A stretch of 63,311 bases of DNA, counting the filler, from Octopus bimaculoides (Eukaryota): assembly GCF_001194135.2 (NCBI RefSeq). It is 7 parts of 6 records of this genome, joined end to end, with 100 filler letters (N's around TTAATTAATTAA, not from the genome) between each part and the next. Parts side by side here need not be neighbours in the genome. Positions count along the whole stretch, not along the records: positions 56,518 to 63,311 come from NC_068989.1; 6 more parts are not named here. One strand, given 5' to 3'. A program made the translations under genes and the position numbers. Each line of letters begins with the position of its first letter. Positions within the stretch are counted from its first letter, which is position 1. The notes beneath the pieces were generated by a model, which worked only from the letters and a program-made list of their open reading frames with translations, was not told where the DNA came from and made no database searches. This document shows, one piece after another, positions 62,850 through 63,311 of the stretch.

Positions 62850-63010
62850 ATTTATCTGGAGCCACTGATTCCGGCTTCAGCCCAACTGCATAGACTGGAT
62901 CAACATCGAATGAAGAGTTTTACTCCAGAACAAAACGCATCACTTTGTCCAGGAATCGAAACAACGATCTTACGACCATGATTGCAACGTCCTAACCATT
63001 AACCCACGCG
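62850..63010 (-). mobile_element. SINE family C-like 5' part, diverged
   Basis: ggaatcgaaacaacgatcttacgaccatgattgcaacgtcctaaccattaacccacgcg. Confidence 0.6.
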
Positions 63011-63081
63011 CACCACACACACGCACACACATACATACACACACATGTATGTACGTATGTATAGAATGTATGTATGTGCCA

Positions 63082-63160
<79 letters not shown>

Positions 63161-63311
63161 ATGGACGGACGGTAGACACATCGGCTCCGTAAGTTTTGCC
63201 TTTTTTGCTTCTAAAAAGTTTGTTTCTCAGTAATATTTTATATACAAAAGCTGTGCAACAACTGACATATTCAGTTGTGCAACTTGTTTGCACGGGAAAT
63301 CTGCCCTGTGT

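Overview
Repeat-dense, AT-rich eukaryotic DNA with many microsatellites and N gaps. It is most likely an octopus genome scaffold (inference from the SINE families, a mollusc-type 5S rRNA and the microsatellite density). No host protein-coding gene is recognisable; nearly all long ORFs in the track are microsatellite or N-gap artefacts, so this looks like a large intron or intergenic region. What can be supported: (1) three abundant tRNA-headed SINE families (labelled A, B and C here), with exchangeable 3' tails and tandem dimers or trimers; (2) several decayed R4/Dong-like restriction-endonuclease LINE fragments, some nested in (TAA)n arrays, plus RTE and L1/Tx1 fragments; (3) a decayed Penelope-like element with a GIY-YIG remnant, and four related solo 3' modules carrying minimal type I hammerhead ribozyme motifs, most abutting (TA)n; (4) the most unusual object, a roughly 690-bp head-to-head pair at 14478-15165 of a non-autonomous element built as tRNA-like Pol III head + (TAA)n + hammerhead ribozyme + short-repeat tail, with one canonical-core hammerhead; (5) fold-back/MITE-like inverted-repeat elements; (6) a 5S rRNA copy lacking a terminator and running into a SINE. 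All family assignments come from manual translation and motif recognition, not database searches.
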